Shown: positions 50,976-63,900 of the stretch, piece by piece
Position numbering within the stretch: position 1 is the first letter of the stretch
Layout of the letters: every line of letters starts with the position of its first letter
Source: Octopus vulgaris
Lineage: Eukaryota
DNA length: 64,000 bases
Assembly (NCBI GenBank): GCA_951406725.2
Contig: OX597832.1
Span: 40,238,001-40,302,000, forward strand
Direction of reading: 5' to 3'
The notes under the pieces: model-generated
The model's input: only the letters and a program-made list of their open reading frames with translations
Told to the model about the DNA's origin: nothing
Databases searched by the model: none
Program-made: the position numbers and the translations under genes

Positions 50976-51133
50976 TGTATTTTCCAAGATCATCAATCAC
51001 TTTCCAACTTTTCCGGATGTTTCCTGGACAATGTTCACCTCCAAGTTTAAATGTGTTTGTTGTGACAGTATATATCCCATTGCATTTAGACATCCCAGGA
51101 AATCCCCAAATTGGAGCAGAGGCTGCAATTGAC
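50976..51133 (-). CDS. PRCP: PRCP copy A exon 5
   Basis: acag|(G)SIAASAPIWGFPGMSKCNGIY...CPGNIRKSWKVIDDLGKY|gtaagt; phases match the neighbours. Confidence 0.95.
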
Positions 51134-51345
51134 CTGTAGGTCAACATAACAAAAACAACAGCAATGTAATGTAGTAATGGCTAAATTAGTGTTGACATAG
51201 TTAATAATAAAGTACTAAATAGCTAACGAGAAATAATTATGTGGTGGCATAAATAGACAAACGAATTAGTTTTAACATTTAGTACTTAAAACCCGAAACA
51301 GGAAGAGAGAAAGGACTGTTAGATGGAAACTGAGATGAAGCCCAC

Positions 51346-51382
<37 letters not shown>

Positions 51383-52014
51383 CATCATTAGCATCATTTC
51401 AGATCTATTTTTCATGCTGCTATGGGTTGGGTGGATTGTCAAGGCTGGGATTGGCACAAATTTGAGGCTACTGCTCATCTAGATGGGTCAAGAGGCCTTA
51501 TTTCATTCATTTTTGGTTAGGTTTCTACAGCTGCATGTCCTTCCCAACACCAACCGCTTTACAGTGTACTGGGTGCCTTTTTTTGTGGCCCCAGTACTAG
51601 AAAGGTGCCATGGCCTCAACAAAATTAACAGGTCTTCACAACCTCATGCTTTACAATGTGTACTGGGTGCATTTTTCATGACACCAGCACTAGGGAGGTA
51701 GCCATGTACCCAGCATAACAAAAGAGACTTCAAAACCCCTCATCTCTCTTAATTCCTCAGCTTCTTTACTCTTTATATCTTTATATCATTGTTGCTAAAA
51801 ACAGGATGATTTTGGTTTGACTGTCCCTGATCAAAGACTCCTTTCATTGGTATTGAGCTTGGACTCAGTAACATAAAACCAATGGTGAAGACATCAATAA
51901 TTATGATGACAAGGATGAGGAACAAAAAGGAGAAGAAGAAGAACAACAACAACGACTACAACAACAAAGGGTTAAAATAAAGGGTGGCATTGAAATAAGT
52001 CGGTATTTTCTTAC

Positions 52015-52196
52015 CCAACAATCACTCCAGCATATTTCATTCGAAACCAAGCTGATAACATCCCACCATAGGAACCACCAAAGGCCACAACAGAACTGTT
52101 TTGGGCACCTTTTATGGTGGATTTCATGTGTTGAATCAGTTTGGCATAGTCTTCGAGAGCTTGTTCTGATGTTAAGTAGGACAGCTTTACAGGATC
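52015..52196 (-). CDS. PRCP: PRCP copy A exon 4 (catalytic Ser, GGSYGG)
   Basis: gtag|DPVKLSYLTSEQALEDYA...VVAFGGSYGGMLSAWFRMKYAGVIVG|gtaaga. Confidence 0.97.
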
Positions 52197-52963
52197 CTAC
52201 AAGAAGAAAATAACAAATTATCATCACCATTGTCATCACCACCACCACCACCACCAACACCACCATCATCAAATGTGGACATGGCTGTAAAGTTTGCTTC
52301 TCAGCTCTGTGGTTTCAGGTTTTATCCCACTATGAGGCACTCAGGGCATGTTTTCTACTCAAGCTTTCAGTTGACAGACACTGTACAGAAGCCAGTAATA
52401 TAAATATATATATAGACTTCTTTCAGATGCAGAAACCATTCCTTAAATGACAGCCAACCCTCCAATGGATGTCCTCCTTTTTTTTGTCACATAAAAACGC
52501 TCAAGGATACCACAATCATTGTTGGAATAATGAATGTGAAGTCAAAAGAAATTGCAGGCATAAGTTCAAATAGACGATGGCACATAACCTCTCTACAACT
52601 TGGGTGAGGAAAGCAATATGGCCGGTTAGTTTTGTAAACAAGAAATATCAGCAATGAAACCTTCCAGTAAGCTTTTATATGCACACACAAATTCCTCGAC
52701 CAGTTTAACACCACAGCATGGCTCTTGATATGAACATTTAGACTAGGTCTCTAGTTTAAGGGCAGATACCCTGTTATTTTGAAGCATTGCTTCCTCCAAA
52801 AGTAAACTTAGCAGTCTTAGTTTCTCCCTCCCTCCCTTTTCCCTTGCTAGTCTTTATGGCCCTACAAAAGGGTCACTGTCACCATCTTTTTCTCTTTGAC
52901 CAAACTATGTTAACAGTATGGAAAAAAATGTGGGGTTAATATAACAAAAGTTTAGCGTCCCAC

Positions 52964-53065
52964 CTTATAAGACTCTGTCCCATATGGTAATGACTTGCCA
53001 TAGTAACGATGCTCAGCAAAGACCAACATGGCACCAAATTCTCCAGCAATGTCCATCATGAAACC
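52964..53065 (-). CDS. PRCP: PRCP copy A exon 3
   Basis: gcag|[34 protein letters not shown]|gtggga. Confidence 0.96.
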
Positions 53066-54025
53066 CTGCAGATAAAATGAAACATCTTGAAAGATAATTT
53101 TGGTAGAATTTTTCAGCCAAAGATCAAAGACGAGCAATATTTGTAGAATAAGTTAGGTTTAATTAAGACTAGCAACACATCCCAACGTTGCCAGGTGTTA
53201 TGACCTACATCTGCATTGTATTATTTGCTCCTTTTTTAAGGGCAGAATTGGCACAACTGATATATAATGAACTGGATTACTGGTGTAATCGTGGCAGTTA
53301 TTGTTTGTTTAAAAGTGAAAGTGGGGAGGGTACAGTTTTTCCTTTTTTGTTCATGAAAGTGCTTTCACTTAAGAAGGATCACAAGCTGTACATTGTTTCA
53401 TCGTATAAAAAGGGGTTAATACAATTTTGCCCAGAAATCACATTTTCAAAATTTTTATTTCCCCCTGTCCTCACTGCAATTTCTTAATTTGTAACTTTCT
53501 TTCAAATTTTTTTTTTTTTTATCCAGGTAGAAAAATACAAAGATTACAAATCTGGGAAATATATTTTCTTTTTCAAGTTTAATTTTTCTTAAAGAAACAC
53601 TCAAAGCCCCTTCCCCCACCTCGCACACCCATCATCTACCCACTTTCAAAAAGCGAAAATCTCCCAATGTTTCACTTTCATCTGATGTTTCATGCATGCG
53701 TAGAATTTTACTGAAATAGCAGATGTAAAAAATACCAGACTTCCACCAGAAAACCTGACATGCTAGAAACAACAGGTAAATGACATTATTTCTGAAGAAA
53801 TTTCCCCCCAACACTGCTTGACAACCGATGCTGGTGTGTTTACGTTCCCATAACTTAGCGGTTCGGCAAAAGAGACTGATAGACTAAGTCCTTGGATCGG
53901 TTTGCTCGACTAAAAGGTGGTGCTCCAGCATGGCCGCAGTCAAACAAAGGTAAAGAGTAAAAGAGAAAAATGACAATGATGGTGATGATGATGAATGACA
54001 TGTATAATTATGCAGTTATACTGAC

Positions 54026-54163
54026 CGAGTTTTCTAAAAACCAGACAATATCTCCTTCATTGCCAGTGTAAAAGAATATTGGGCCTCCATTTCCATCCCA
54101 CCACTGAGTGGACACAAGGTATCTTTGCTGGTAGGTGTCTGTGTTCCGGCCAAAGTGGTCAAC
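54026..54163 (-). CDS. PRCP: PRCP copy A exon 2
   Basis: ttag|VDHFGRNTDTYQQRYLVSTQWWDGNGGPIFFYTGNEGDIVWFLENS|gtcagt; S28 motifs DHF and PIFFYTGNEG. Confidence 0.96.
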
Positions 54164-54269
54164 CTAAGAAAGAGTAGATAAAAACAAAAACAATTACCAA
54201 GTTACGTGTCACAGGTGTTATGTATTGCGTTACATGCCACTACTTTGTTATGTTACATGTTACTGATGT

Positions 54270-54609
54270 CTTTTGAACGGCACATGTCAACACAATTTCT
54301 AGTTAACTAAACACTTTTAAACTTCGTATACTGGTAGAATGTGTCAAAATAAAACATTTTTTTCTCTTGGCTTTCTTGAGAAAATTGTAATTTGTAAGAC
54401 GCAGCAGATGATTTTAGCTCAATAGAGGCCATAGGATCGGTTAAAATTCGAAAAATTAAACTACGTTAAACTTACAAATTACAATTTTCTCAAGAAAGCC
54501 AAGAGAAAAAAATGTTTTATTTTGACACATTCTACCAGTATACGAAGTTTAAAAGTGTTTAGTTAACTAGAAATTGCGTTGAAAACTGCCGTTCAAAAGG
54601 AAAAGATCC
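54270..54609. mobile_element. Long-TIR MITE in PRCP-A intron 1 (left terminus clipped)
   Basis: 106-bp perfect inverted arms 54293-54398 / 54471-54576; right end ..GTTCAAAAGGAAAAGATCC related to the 60355-60771 element. Confidence 0.85.
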
Positions 54610-54941
54610 TAGATTGGAGCCTGGTGCAGCTTCCTGGCTCGCCAGTCCTCAGACAAACCGTCCAATCCATGCCAGCATGGAAAGCAGACGTTAAACGATG
54701 ATGATGGTGATGATGATATCTATGATATTGCTATACCATTGAAAGTTTAGGTAAACTTCGTTACTCACTCTCTCTTTCTCTCCCCCACACAAAAATGAAC
54801 AGACCTGCCCTGAGCATACACCTGTAGTTGAAAATATTATCATTATTACTTTTTTACTCAATCTTTCACAAACAGACAAAACCCTTTGTAACCTTTCGTC
54901 TTGTTTTGTCCCTTTATATTTTCCAATCATATTTGTCAGCC

Positions 54942-54987
<46 letters not shown>

Positions 54988-55030
54988 AAGAAGAAGAAGA
55001 AATGATGATGTAAACAAAATATGGGCTTAC

Positions 55031-55225
55031 AGCTTGAGTGAAGTACCGAGTTTCGAACTTGGTATGGAAGTATTCTACAGAGAGAACTGGTTCATAGTAA
55101 GGTGTATACTTCGAAGATGTGGTCAACTGTCTTCTTAGTGGCAGACCATGAAGAAATGCATGAGTGGACAAGATGAAAGCGTAAATAATAAGTAGAGACA
55201 AAGGCAAAAGGGCGTTGCAAGCCAT
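55031..55225 (-). CDS. PRCP: Lysosomal Pro-X carboxypeptidase copy A, exon 1 (signal peptide/propeptide)
   Basis: ATG at 55225; MACNALLPLSLLIIYAFILSTHA hydrophobic signal ...FETRYFTQA|gtaagc. Confidence 0.9.
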
Positions 55226-55719
55226 TACAACAAACTGTAGCAATGAGAACTAAACTAAATGCGCAGGAAGAGTGAGGTGGAAGGTAATATTTTCCTAAGA
55301 GGTCGAATTACATGACAAGGTCTTTTGACAGTCAACGAACGATAAAAGATTGACATTTATTGAAGTGAAACATCGTTCCCAGCGTAGTATAGCACACTGG
55401 GGCTGCATTCCACCACTCTTTGAAAGCTAACGGCAGAGGAAGGCACACGACGACTTTAGCCCAGAGTAATAGCCGGCTTTTCAAAGGTGCTTTTTTATTC
55501 AGTCGCTGTCAAAATGGTTCCCTTTCGCCACTGCTTCGCTTCATCCCATTCAGATCTTGACACTAAACTATCGACAAGTTTGTGGCCCGTCTAGCTTGAC
55601 ACGCTATAGGAGTTCTACCTCGAAATGTATTTCTTTACTGCCCACAAGGGGCTTAACATAGAGGTGACAAACAAGGACAGACAAAGGGATTAAGTCGATT
55701 ACAGCCAAAAACAAAAATA

Positions 55720-56800
55720 GTGTAATAGGTGTAAAACAACTTGCTTTTTTTTTCAGTTGCCATTTTGTGATCGGTGATTTTGCTGCTTGAACACAACCTC
55801 TCTATGCTTTCGCCAGTTCTTCAATCTCTCAGTCCATTCTTGGCCAATACACACAACTTCTCATCAACAAGTTCATTCTTGAAATCCCCCGGGCAACCAG
55901 TGGTGAAATTCTTTTAGTATTCGCTTTTGTAGTGTGGCGGTACTACCACTCTTTCTGCATACATTAGCACATTGTCACAAATTGAAAACAGGTTCGAATT
56001 CGAGTTGTGTTCTGCAAAACGCATATTTTTATTTCTTTTTTCAGCACTCCGATTTTTTTTCATTTTTTAAAAATAAATTCATTATTTTTCGCTTTTAATT
56101 TGATTTCTTCTAGTGTAACTGGTAATTCTCGTATAACATTATATAAAATAGGCGGCGAGCTGGCAGAACCGTTAGCACGCCGGGCAAACTGCTTAGCGGT
56201 ATTTTGTCCGCCCTCACGTTCTGAGTTCAAATTCCGCCGAAGTCGACTTTGCCTTTCATCCTCTCGGGGTCGATAAATTAAGCACCAGTTACGCACTGGG
56301 GACGATGTAATCGACTTAAACCGTTTGTCTCTCCTTGTTTGTCCTCTCTGTGTTTAGCCCCTTGTGGGTAGTAAAGAAATAATTATATAAAATATTTTAA
56401 ATTTCTTTTTCTGCTCACAACGCTGCAGTCACGGTATCCTCAAACGGTTCAGTATTTTTTGGTATCGATCTTGATAAACAATCAGCATGTTCTAATTTCT
56501 TAGATGGCATAAGCTCCATCCTAAAATCGTAACTTAGTAATACAGTACCCCAGTGTTGCAACCTATTAGCAGTAAGGGTAGGGATTCCTTTCTTCGACCC
56601 ATATGTAGATAATAACGGACTCAGTCTGTAGTCGAAAACTTCTTCCGTATAAGAATCTATGACATTTTATGACGAAAATAATCGCTAGAGCCGCTTTTTC
56701 AATTTAGCTGTAATTTTTTTCTGCTGGTAGCAGAGAACGAGATGCGTGGGCCACGGCCTTTGTGTTATAATCCTCGTATTTATGTAGAATTATGTAGCGA
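55720..56800 (-). mobile_element. Ty3/Gypsy pol relic (RNase H plus integrase Zn-binding region)
   Basis: AVAHASRSLLPAEKNYS*IEKAALAII; NRLQHWGTVLLSYDF; HADCLSR; GISRM..MRS.VYWPRMD*EIEEL. Confidence 0.85.
56151..56381 (+). mobile_element. tRNA-derived SINE family B with 13-bp TSD, inserted in the Gypsy relic
   Basis: TSD ATTATATAAAATA at 56138-56150 and 56382-56394; A and B boxes present. Confidence 0.9.
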
Positions 56801-57039
56801 TTATTGTGTCACTATAGAGCAGTTTTAATTCTCCTGTTCAAAAGCGTGATCACCTGTCAACTACCGCCCAGTCAGCCTTACCAGTTGCATAACTAAACTG
56901 ATGGAGTCCTGTGTCAGAGAAACACTGGAAACTCTGGAGCTCTCACAGCCTTATTCGACCCTCGCAATTAACCCTAACTCCAGCTACTGTCGCCAACCCA
57001 TCGAGTTTCTTGATGACATCACCTGAATTACTGATAACG

Positions 57040-58190
57040 GCTCATGGGTGAATATTATCTATCTTGACTTTGCTAAAGCCTTCAGTTCTATGCCACACAA
57101 ACGACTCATGGCAAAACTCTCTGCAACTGGTGTGAAAGAAGATTTCTATAACTGGCTGAAGTCCTTCATTCTCGGTCGAGAAGAGGTAGTCACAGTTTAA
57201 GGACATCATTCTTCACTCTATGAGATGACATCTGGTGTACCACAGGGATCCGTTCTTGAACCTCTACTGATTGTTACATATATTAATGACATAGATGTTA
57301 ACTTGAAGAATCTTACAACGTTGAAATATGCAGATGATATCAAGCTGTACCTTGAGATAAAAAGAACAGATTCTATACGCTATAAATCTTTCCTGCAATC
57401 AAACCTGGACACAATGCAACAATGGATCTCTGACTGGCAACTCAAACTAGCTGTGGACAAATGTGTTACCATGCACTTTGGGAGGAAAAACCCAGCTTTT
57501 ACATACTCCCTCAACAACACCAATCTTAAGAAGTCTGTTAGTGAACGTGACCTGGATATTATTGTAAACAGCGATCTGCGTAGGACAAACCAGATCACTA
57601 AGATTGTCAAGAAGGCTAAGGGTATCTTAACATCACTGAGAAAGACCGTTGTCAGTCGCTCTTCAACTGTGTATGTCTATGGTACATGCACACTTGGAGT
57701 TTGGAACTCCTATCTTGCTCAGCATATCAATCTCCTGGAAAATGTTCAGAGACGTGTAACGAACGAATACTCGCCGTCAGGTTTCTACCATACTCTGAAC
57801 GTCTTGCTTCATTGATGCTCTGACGTTTGGAAACTGACTTGGCAGACACTCACAAGATTATCGACCATCTTCCCAACAACAACAACCCTGGGCACCTTTT
57901 TGAATTGCATATGTCAAACACTTGTGGACATGCTTACTAAACAAAAACCAACAGAACACCCATGACTTTCAGAAACATTTCTTTCACGCTCAGAATTGTT
58001 GAAGCATTGAATAAACTACCCAGTACATCAGTTGTTAGTTGTCGTGTCACCACATCCTTCAAAACTTCTGCGTTTCCTGAAATTCGCCAACTGTACACCT
58101 GATGGCCCCCACCTCTGTTTCCTTTTTTTAAATATATTTATAGTGCATCTGAATACTGTATAGAACTACAATTTCAATTGTGATATATTG
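57040..58190 (+). mobile_element. CR1/L2-group LINE RT relic
   Basis: IIYLDFAKAF, GVPQGSVL.PLL, YINDI, KYADDIKL; its 3' UTR resembles the inverted fragment at 11140-11325. Confidence 0.87.
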
Positions 58191-60123
58191 TACGTACACA
58201 CACACTCATGTGTGAGTTCTTTCCGTCAGTAGTTTATCTATTCTAGGATCTCTCATTCTTAATCATTTTCAGTTACATCAAAGACAGTCATTAACGACCG
58301 CAAAGAAAACATAGACTCATTGATACTCACTTTACTCTCTCTCTCTCTCTTGCTGTTTAAATTTTTTTACAGCATGATACTTCACAACTTCCTATACACA
58401 GTTTTTTAAAAAAATCTTGCAAAAAGGTCATTGCTGTTATTTATTTCGACAAATTTCATCTAATCACCTCTCTCTCTCTCTCTCCAACTATACAACTCTC
58501 AGCGCTGACCTAAAACTGACGATCTCTCAGCGACTGACACAGCACATTGTCTCTCCTTCCCCATCATTACACTTTTATATTATCTGGGGTGTATAAAAAA
58601 AAACAAAAAAACAGTCGTCACTGTTTCCTCAATTACTACAACTTCGACTAAAAGAAGAAAAAAAACACATCTCTTCTCACGTAGACCGACAATTTACACT
58701 CCTCTTCCTCCTCCTCCTCCTTTAACACGAAATAACTTCTAAAATACAAAATTTTGTCAAAAACGTTAAGAGTAAACTGTATTTCTTCGTGACACATTCA
58801 ACCAGAATCCGAAGTTTCAAACTGTCTAGTTTAAAAAAAACAAAAACTAATTAAAATTTGTGACCGAGATTGAAAAGATTCCAACCGGAAAAGATTCCAA
58901 CCATTTCTTTTATAGTACAGAAAATACACAAGATCAACTGCACTAGAAACATAAAAAAAAAAAGAAAGAAAATGCAAACAGTAAAAAAAGAAACTTCTAA
59001 CATTAGACATACTAAAATTTTGTTAGAGAAAACCAGAAAAGTATCTGCTTATAACAGGCTCTTAACGCGAGGTAACGTAATTAACATATTAAATTTTACA
59101 TATAGTGGTGATAATAATGTACATGGTAAAATAAGTAATGGTTATTAAGATAAAATGAGTTGTGGTAGCTGTTGGTGAATGGAAATGTATTTCTTGGGTT
59201 GTTTGAAGAAGTAACTGACAACACTCGCAAACAGAGTTTTCTGAGATGATCTTTCACAAATAATAACAGCAATAATTACATACCAGTGGAGACATGTTAC
59301 CTGAAGTTTGTGACAAGTTTCCTGATATAGCAATCTGGGGCTGACTCATAACAACTGGGAAATAACTGTGCTGTATTCGTGACGACGAAAATTACTATCT
59401 GTCATCTGTCTTAATCAGCTGGATGTGGAAACGAGAATGGAGACATCGTGCGGTTGCTTCAACATTCTGCGATTACCACTAAAAACAGCCTTTATAAGGG
59501 GCACAATGAGAAAGTTCTAGAAAACCATGACGCGATGGCTTAACGCTGATTCGTCACTTAATAGACCGATCGCGTGAAACTACTGGTGTTTGATAGTGAT
59601 GATCGCTCGGTTTCGAATCACTGCTACATATGCATCGCCTAACCAGATTTGAGCGTCAGTTCATCAGCTTCTTGTGAAAGAGATGCGACCCGCTGGTCAG
59701 ACAGTCCTTCCACTGTCAATACCCGGCTTTGATTTTTTTATTTTTTTAATGAATTGATTAAGCCTGATCTCATTAAAAATTAAGACGGGTCAGTACTTGA
59801 TTATTCATACAAAAGTGCATGGTACGCCGTGACTGTTGATGTATAGTCATAAGCAGAGGCTGCAACAGATGCTGAGATTCCTCAACGATGAGAATGGTGG
59901 TCACTTGTATCTTTCCACAGCTTGTCTCTTCGACGGAAAAGCCATTTCGGGTAAAGCAAAGACAAAACTAGGTGCCTGGCACGTGCAATGTTGCCAAGCA
60001 CTCACAGCCCTTGATCAGTCGGGCAACGTAATTGGAAGAACCTCCATGTTAGCAATTTATAGAGAACCAGTGGTAGGGAAGAGTGATAACGCTTTCAGGT
60101 AAACTCTTGACTAACCCCCCGCC

Positions 60124-60197
<74 letters not shown>

Positions 60198-60354
60198 CTG
60201 GCCCCTTGTACTTATGTAAGAAATATTATGATGTTATGTGGTGTCAGTTAAAAGAACTCCAATGAAGTCTTTCATTTCCCATTTTCGACTTGGTAAGTTG
60301 GCCGTTTGGCAAAAGTACAAACACCAGGCTTAAAAAACAAGCACGGCAATTGAG

Positions 60355-60771
60355 GGATCTTTTCGGTTTGAACGGCAGTTTTTCTAGCGGTGTCATATGA
60401 AATTGTCACCCATTATTATGACCCTTGTCATTTCAATCTGTTTTAGGGTTAGGGTTAGAGTTAGGGTTAGGGGTGGGGGAAGGGTATCTTTTTTTCTTCA
60501 CAAATGTAAATAAACCCAATCTGTTTCTTAAACAAGGGACATATTCATACGGCACAGAATGTTTTCACCTCAATAGACGTCATTGATTGGTTGAAATTGC
60601 AGAAATTGAAGAAAAAAAAACAACAAATATCTTACAAACTATAAAATTTTCTCAATAAAGCCGAGAGGAAAAGATGTTTTCTAAACACATTCTACCAGTA
60701 TACGAAGTTTAAAAGTGTTTCGTTACGTGAAAAATTATTTTAAAAAACTGCCGGTCAAACCGAAAAGATCC
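60355..60771. mobile_element. Non-autonomous TIR transposon with 8-bp TSD (Merlin-like) carrying TTAGGG repeats
   Basis: TIRs GGATCTTTTCGGTTTGAACGGCAGTTTTT / AAAAACTGCCGGTCAAACCGAAAAGATCC; TSD CAATTGAG at 60347-60354 and 60772-60779; splits a SINE tail. Confidence 0.88.
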
Positions 60772-61359
60772 CAATTGAGTAGTTCGACTAAACTTTTCAA
60801 AGCGACGCCCCAGGATGGCTGCAGTCCAATGACTGAAACAAGTAAAGGATAAAACTGAGACGAAAGAGTTGACTAACAAGTTTAGGCAAGAAAAGCAAGG
60901 AAGATAACTCCAAGATATTAAAAACTGAACGAGGTGACACAAAGAATGGTCGCATAGGAGCTGTTGTGATTGTCCTGTTCACGGTGTAGGTCGTCCTGCT
61001 GTTGTGATCGTCCTGTTCTCGGTGTAGATGTGTTCCAGGTTAACCTGACACAATCGTTGTCTAACTCAAGTCAGTCCTCATCGAGCAGACCCATGATCAA
61101 AATAAGGACCAATCGCATCCACCAGTCATTTTTGGTTTTTGAAGTAATAGTACATCGACGATCACATTACGATTGCATTCGTTTTCTAAGACAGTGGGTT
61201 TGATTAACGAGATATTTAGCTGCCACTTCCAGCAGATCGGCCGACCACGCAGAGTTTGCTTCTCGGTGTTAAACACTGCATTAGAATTACTCTTGAAGTT
61301 TAGCGTCAATAAATGTCAAGTGTCAATCCTTTATCGCTCGATGACTGTCGGAAAAAGTT

Positions 61360-61368
61360 GTCATGTGA
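61360..61368 (+). promoter_or_regulatory. M-box/CLEAR-like site (GTCATGTGA) upstream of PRCP-B
   Basis: Matches the MITF/TFE-family TCATGTGA motif about 80 bp upstream of the ATG of a lysosomal enzyme gene; motif match only. Confidence 0.45.
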
Positions 61369-61449
61369 TTTGACTGCTTAAAAAAATTTATCTTTCACTT
61401 CATTCTTGCCACACGTTAGCTTTGGTTCCAGCGACTGCAGTTTGTTCTA

Positions 61450-61644
61450 ATGGCTTGCAACAACTTTTTGCCTTTGTCTCTACTTATCATTTACGCTTTC
61501 ATCCTGTCCTCTCATGCATTCCTTCATGGTCGACCATTAAGAAGACAGTTGACCACATCTTCGAAGTATACACCTTACTATGAACCAGTTCTCTCAGCAG
61601 AATACTTCCATACCAATTTCGAAACTCGGTACTTCACTCAAGCT
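61450..61644 (+). CDS. PRCP: PRCP copy B (head-to-head paralog), exon 1
   Basis: Same 195-nt length and gtaagc donor as copy A exon 1; 13 nt differences, 6 aa differences; open frame. Confidence 0.88.
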
Positions 61645-61703
61645 GTAAGCACAGATTTTATTTACATCATCATTTCTTCTTCTACTACTACTACTACTAC
61701 TAC

Positions 61704-61741
<38 letters not shown>

Positions 61742-61759
61742 TTTTCTTACTATAGGCCC

Positions 61760-62215
61760 GAAATTTGGGGGAGGGTGATAGTCAATTACATCGACCTCAG
61801 TACTTGACTGGTATTGATTTATCGACCCAGAAAGAATGAAAGGCAAAGTCGACCTCGGCGGGATTTGAACTCAGAACGTAACGGCAGACGAAATACCTAT
61901 TTCGGCAATGTTTCGTTTTCTTTATTACCCACAAGGGGCTAAACATAGAGGAGACAAACATGGACAGACATAGGGATTAAGTCGATTATATCGACCCCAG
62001 TGCTTAACTGGTACTTAATTTATCGACCCAGAAAGAATGAAAGGCAAAGCCGACCTCGGCGGGATTTGAACTCAGAACGTAACGGCAGACGAAATACCTA
62101 TTTCTTTATTACCCACAAGGGGCTAAACATAGAGGGGACAAACATGGACAGACATAGATATTAAGTCGATTACATCGACCCCAGTGCCGCTAACGGTTCT
62201 CCCGGCTCGCTGCCA
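61760..62215 (-). mobile_element. Tandem partial SINE family B copies in PRCP-B intron 1
   Basis: Repeated block GAAAGAATGAAAGGCAAAG..GGATTTGAACTCAGAACGTAACGGCAGACGAAATACC. Confidence 0.75.
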
Positions 62216-62447
62216 TAATAATAATAATGATAATAATAATAATAAAATTACAATAATACAAAAAAATCTACAGGGAAGTTTTGAATGAGGTTTCATTTTT
62301 TTTTTTTTATCAATATCATTCCTGTCTCGAGTAGAAATGTTAATAAGCTAAGTGGGTTTGATAACTTGATAGACAACAATAGATAAAAGAGATGGAGATA
62401 AATAGGCGATAAATCGTCTGAGTGGTAGATAAATAAACAGACAGAAT

Positions 62448-62488
<41 letters not shown>

Positions 62489-63339
62489 AACAAAGGAAAC
62501 CCTTACCGTTGCTCAATTTGCTAGAAGTAGCAGCCAAATAATCACGAGTTCAGATTCGCATCTCACTTCAGAGTTTCACTTTTCATTTTATACTCAATAA
62601 GTTTTCCTTCGGCACTTTCTTTCGGCCTAAAACACTTCTTTCGGCCTGCAACATACTTAGAGAAGGTCCAAAATTTCTTTAAAACTTTTCGGTTGACTGA
62701 TACTAAAAACAAAGGCAATAACCTCTTCATCCTGTTTTTAATTACTTTAAAAAATATATGAAGGATGAACTGAAATATTACCGAAATAAGTTCTAAATAT
62801 TTATAAAAGAAAGAAAAAAAATTACGCATGCGTACCTGTGTGGAAAGAACTTTGTTTCCCAACCACATGGTTCCGGGTTCAGTCCCGCTGTGCGGCACCT
62901 TGGACATTGTTTTCTACTTCAGCCTCAGATCGCCCAAAGCCTTGTGAGTGGATTTGGTTGACGGAAACTGAAAGAAGCCCACTTATATATATGTGTGTGT
63001 GTGCTTGTATGTGCATCTCTGTGTCAGTGTTTGCCCCCACCCTCACTACCCGCCAACCGGGTGTGGTTTGTTTACGTCCCCGCAGACCGATATGGTAAAC
63101 TGGCAGAATTGAAAAATGCTTAGCAGCATTTCATCCATCTTTATGTTCTGAGTTCAAATTCTATTGAGGTTGACTTTGCTTTTCATTCCATTGGTGGTGG
63201 GGTCAATAAAATAAGTACCAGTTGTGCACTAGAAATTGCTGGCCTTGTGCCAAAATCTGAAACCATTGTTATTATTATTAACATTCATTTGTTTGAAGAA
63301 GTAAAAAGGGTATTATTTTATATATTTTAAAAAATTTTA

Positions 63340-63665
63340 TCTAGTTTCAGCTCACAAGCTGTGGCCATGCTGGGGCACCGCCATTTGGTGTTGCTACATG
63401 ATTTTACTTCACGAATGCTTTTTAGCAACTGCCATTTGGTGCATGAGAGAGTTCGATGCAGCTGCCCTCATCTGCACCTCCTGCCATGAAGTTGGTTCAT
63501 CTGGGACACCTGACAAGAAGAGATCCAGTTTTATTTTAAAGACATCTGCATCCACCCCATGCAGGTCTCTTAGGTTCTTCAGGAGGATATTGAAGAGCTG
63601 TGGGCCTCGGAAGCCCAGGCTATCACAGTATCTCGTCCTACATCTTGATGGCAAATTTGGTATAT
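63340..63665 (-). mobile_element. 3' end of a CR1/L2-group LINE (same family as 33536-35408)
   Basis: DSLGFRGPQLFNIL..FKIKLDLFLSGVPDEPT; same 3' tail. Confidence 0.88.
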
Positions 63666-63900
63666 TACTGTCATATCACCAAATGTCTTTTTATAAAATA
63701 AATTTCATGATTAAACATGATTAATGGGGGAAATTAACATGTAACACAACTCACCAATTATGTGTAACACAAGACTTCAGTAACATGTAACATAACACAG
63801 CAGTGGCATGTAACGCAACATACTTGTAACATTGGAGCACAACACTCTTGTGACTTGTAACTCTGTAATTGTTTTTTTTCTCTTATCTACTCTTTCTTAG

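Noticed and set aside
55226-55243. ORF-track extension MLQFVV of PRCP-A
   Set aside because: Starts at TTG; the ATG at 55225 aligns with the ATG of copy B
56151-56235. tRNA-like A/B boxes as a tRNA gene
   Set aside because: Head of a dispersed SINE with body, tail and TSD; no complete cloverleaf
58200-58900. Possible upstream non-coding exon/promoter on - (GTGAGT near 58330)
   Set aside because: Single motif in low-complexity sequence; not supportable without transcripts
59590-59670. CTGATGA...GAAA on the minus strand as another hammerhead
   Set aside because: No UH cleavage site or stem III/stem I pairing after GAAA
59340-60110. CpG-rich stretch with an 88-aa ORF between the PRCP copies
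   Set aside because: No recognisable domain or splice pattern; probably a decayed repeat that I cannot classify
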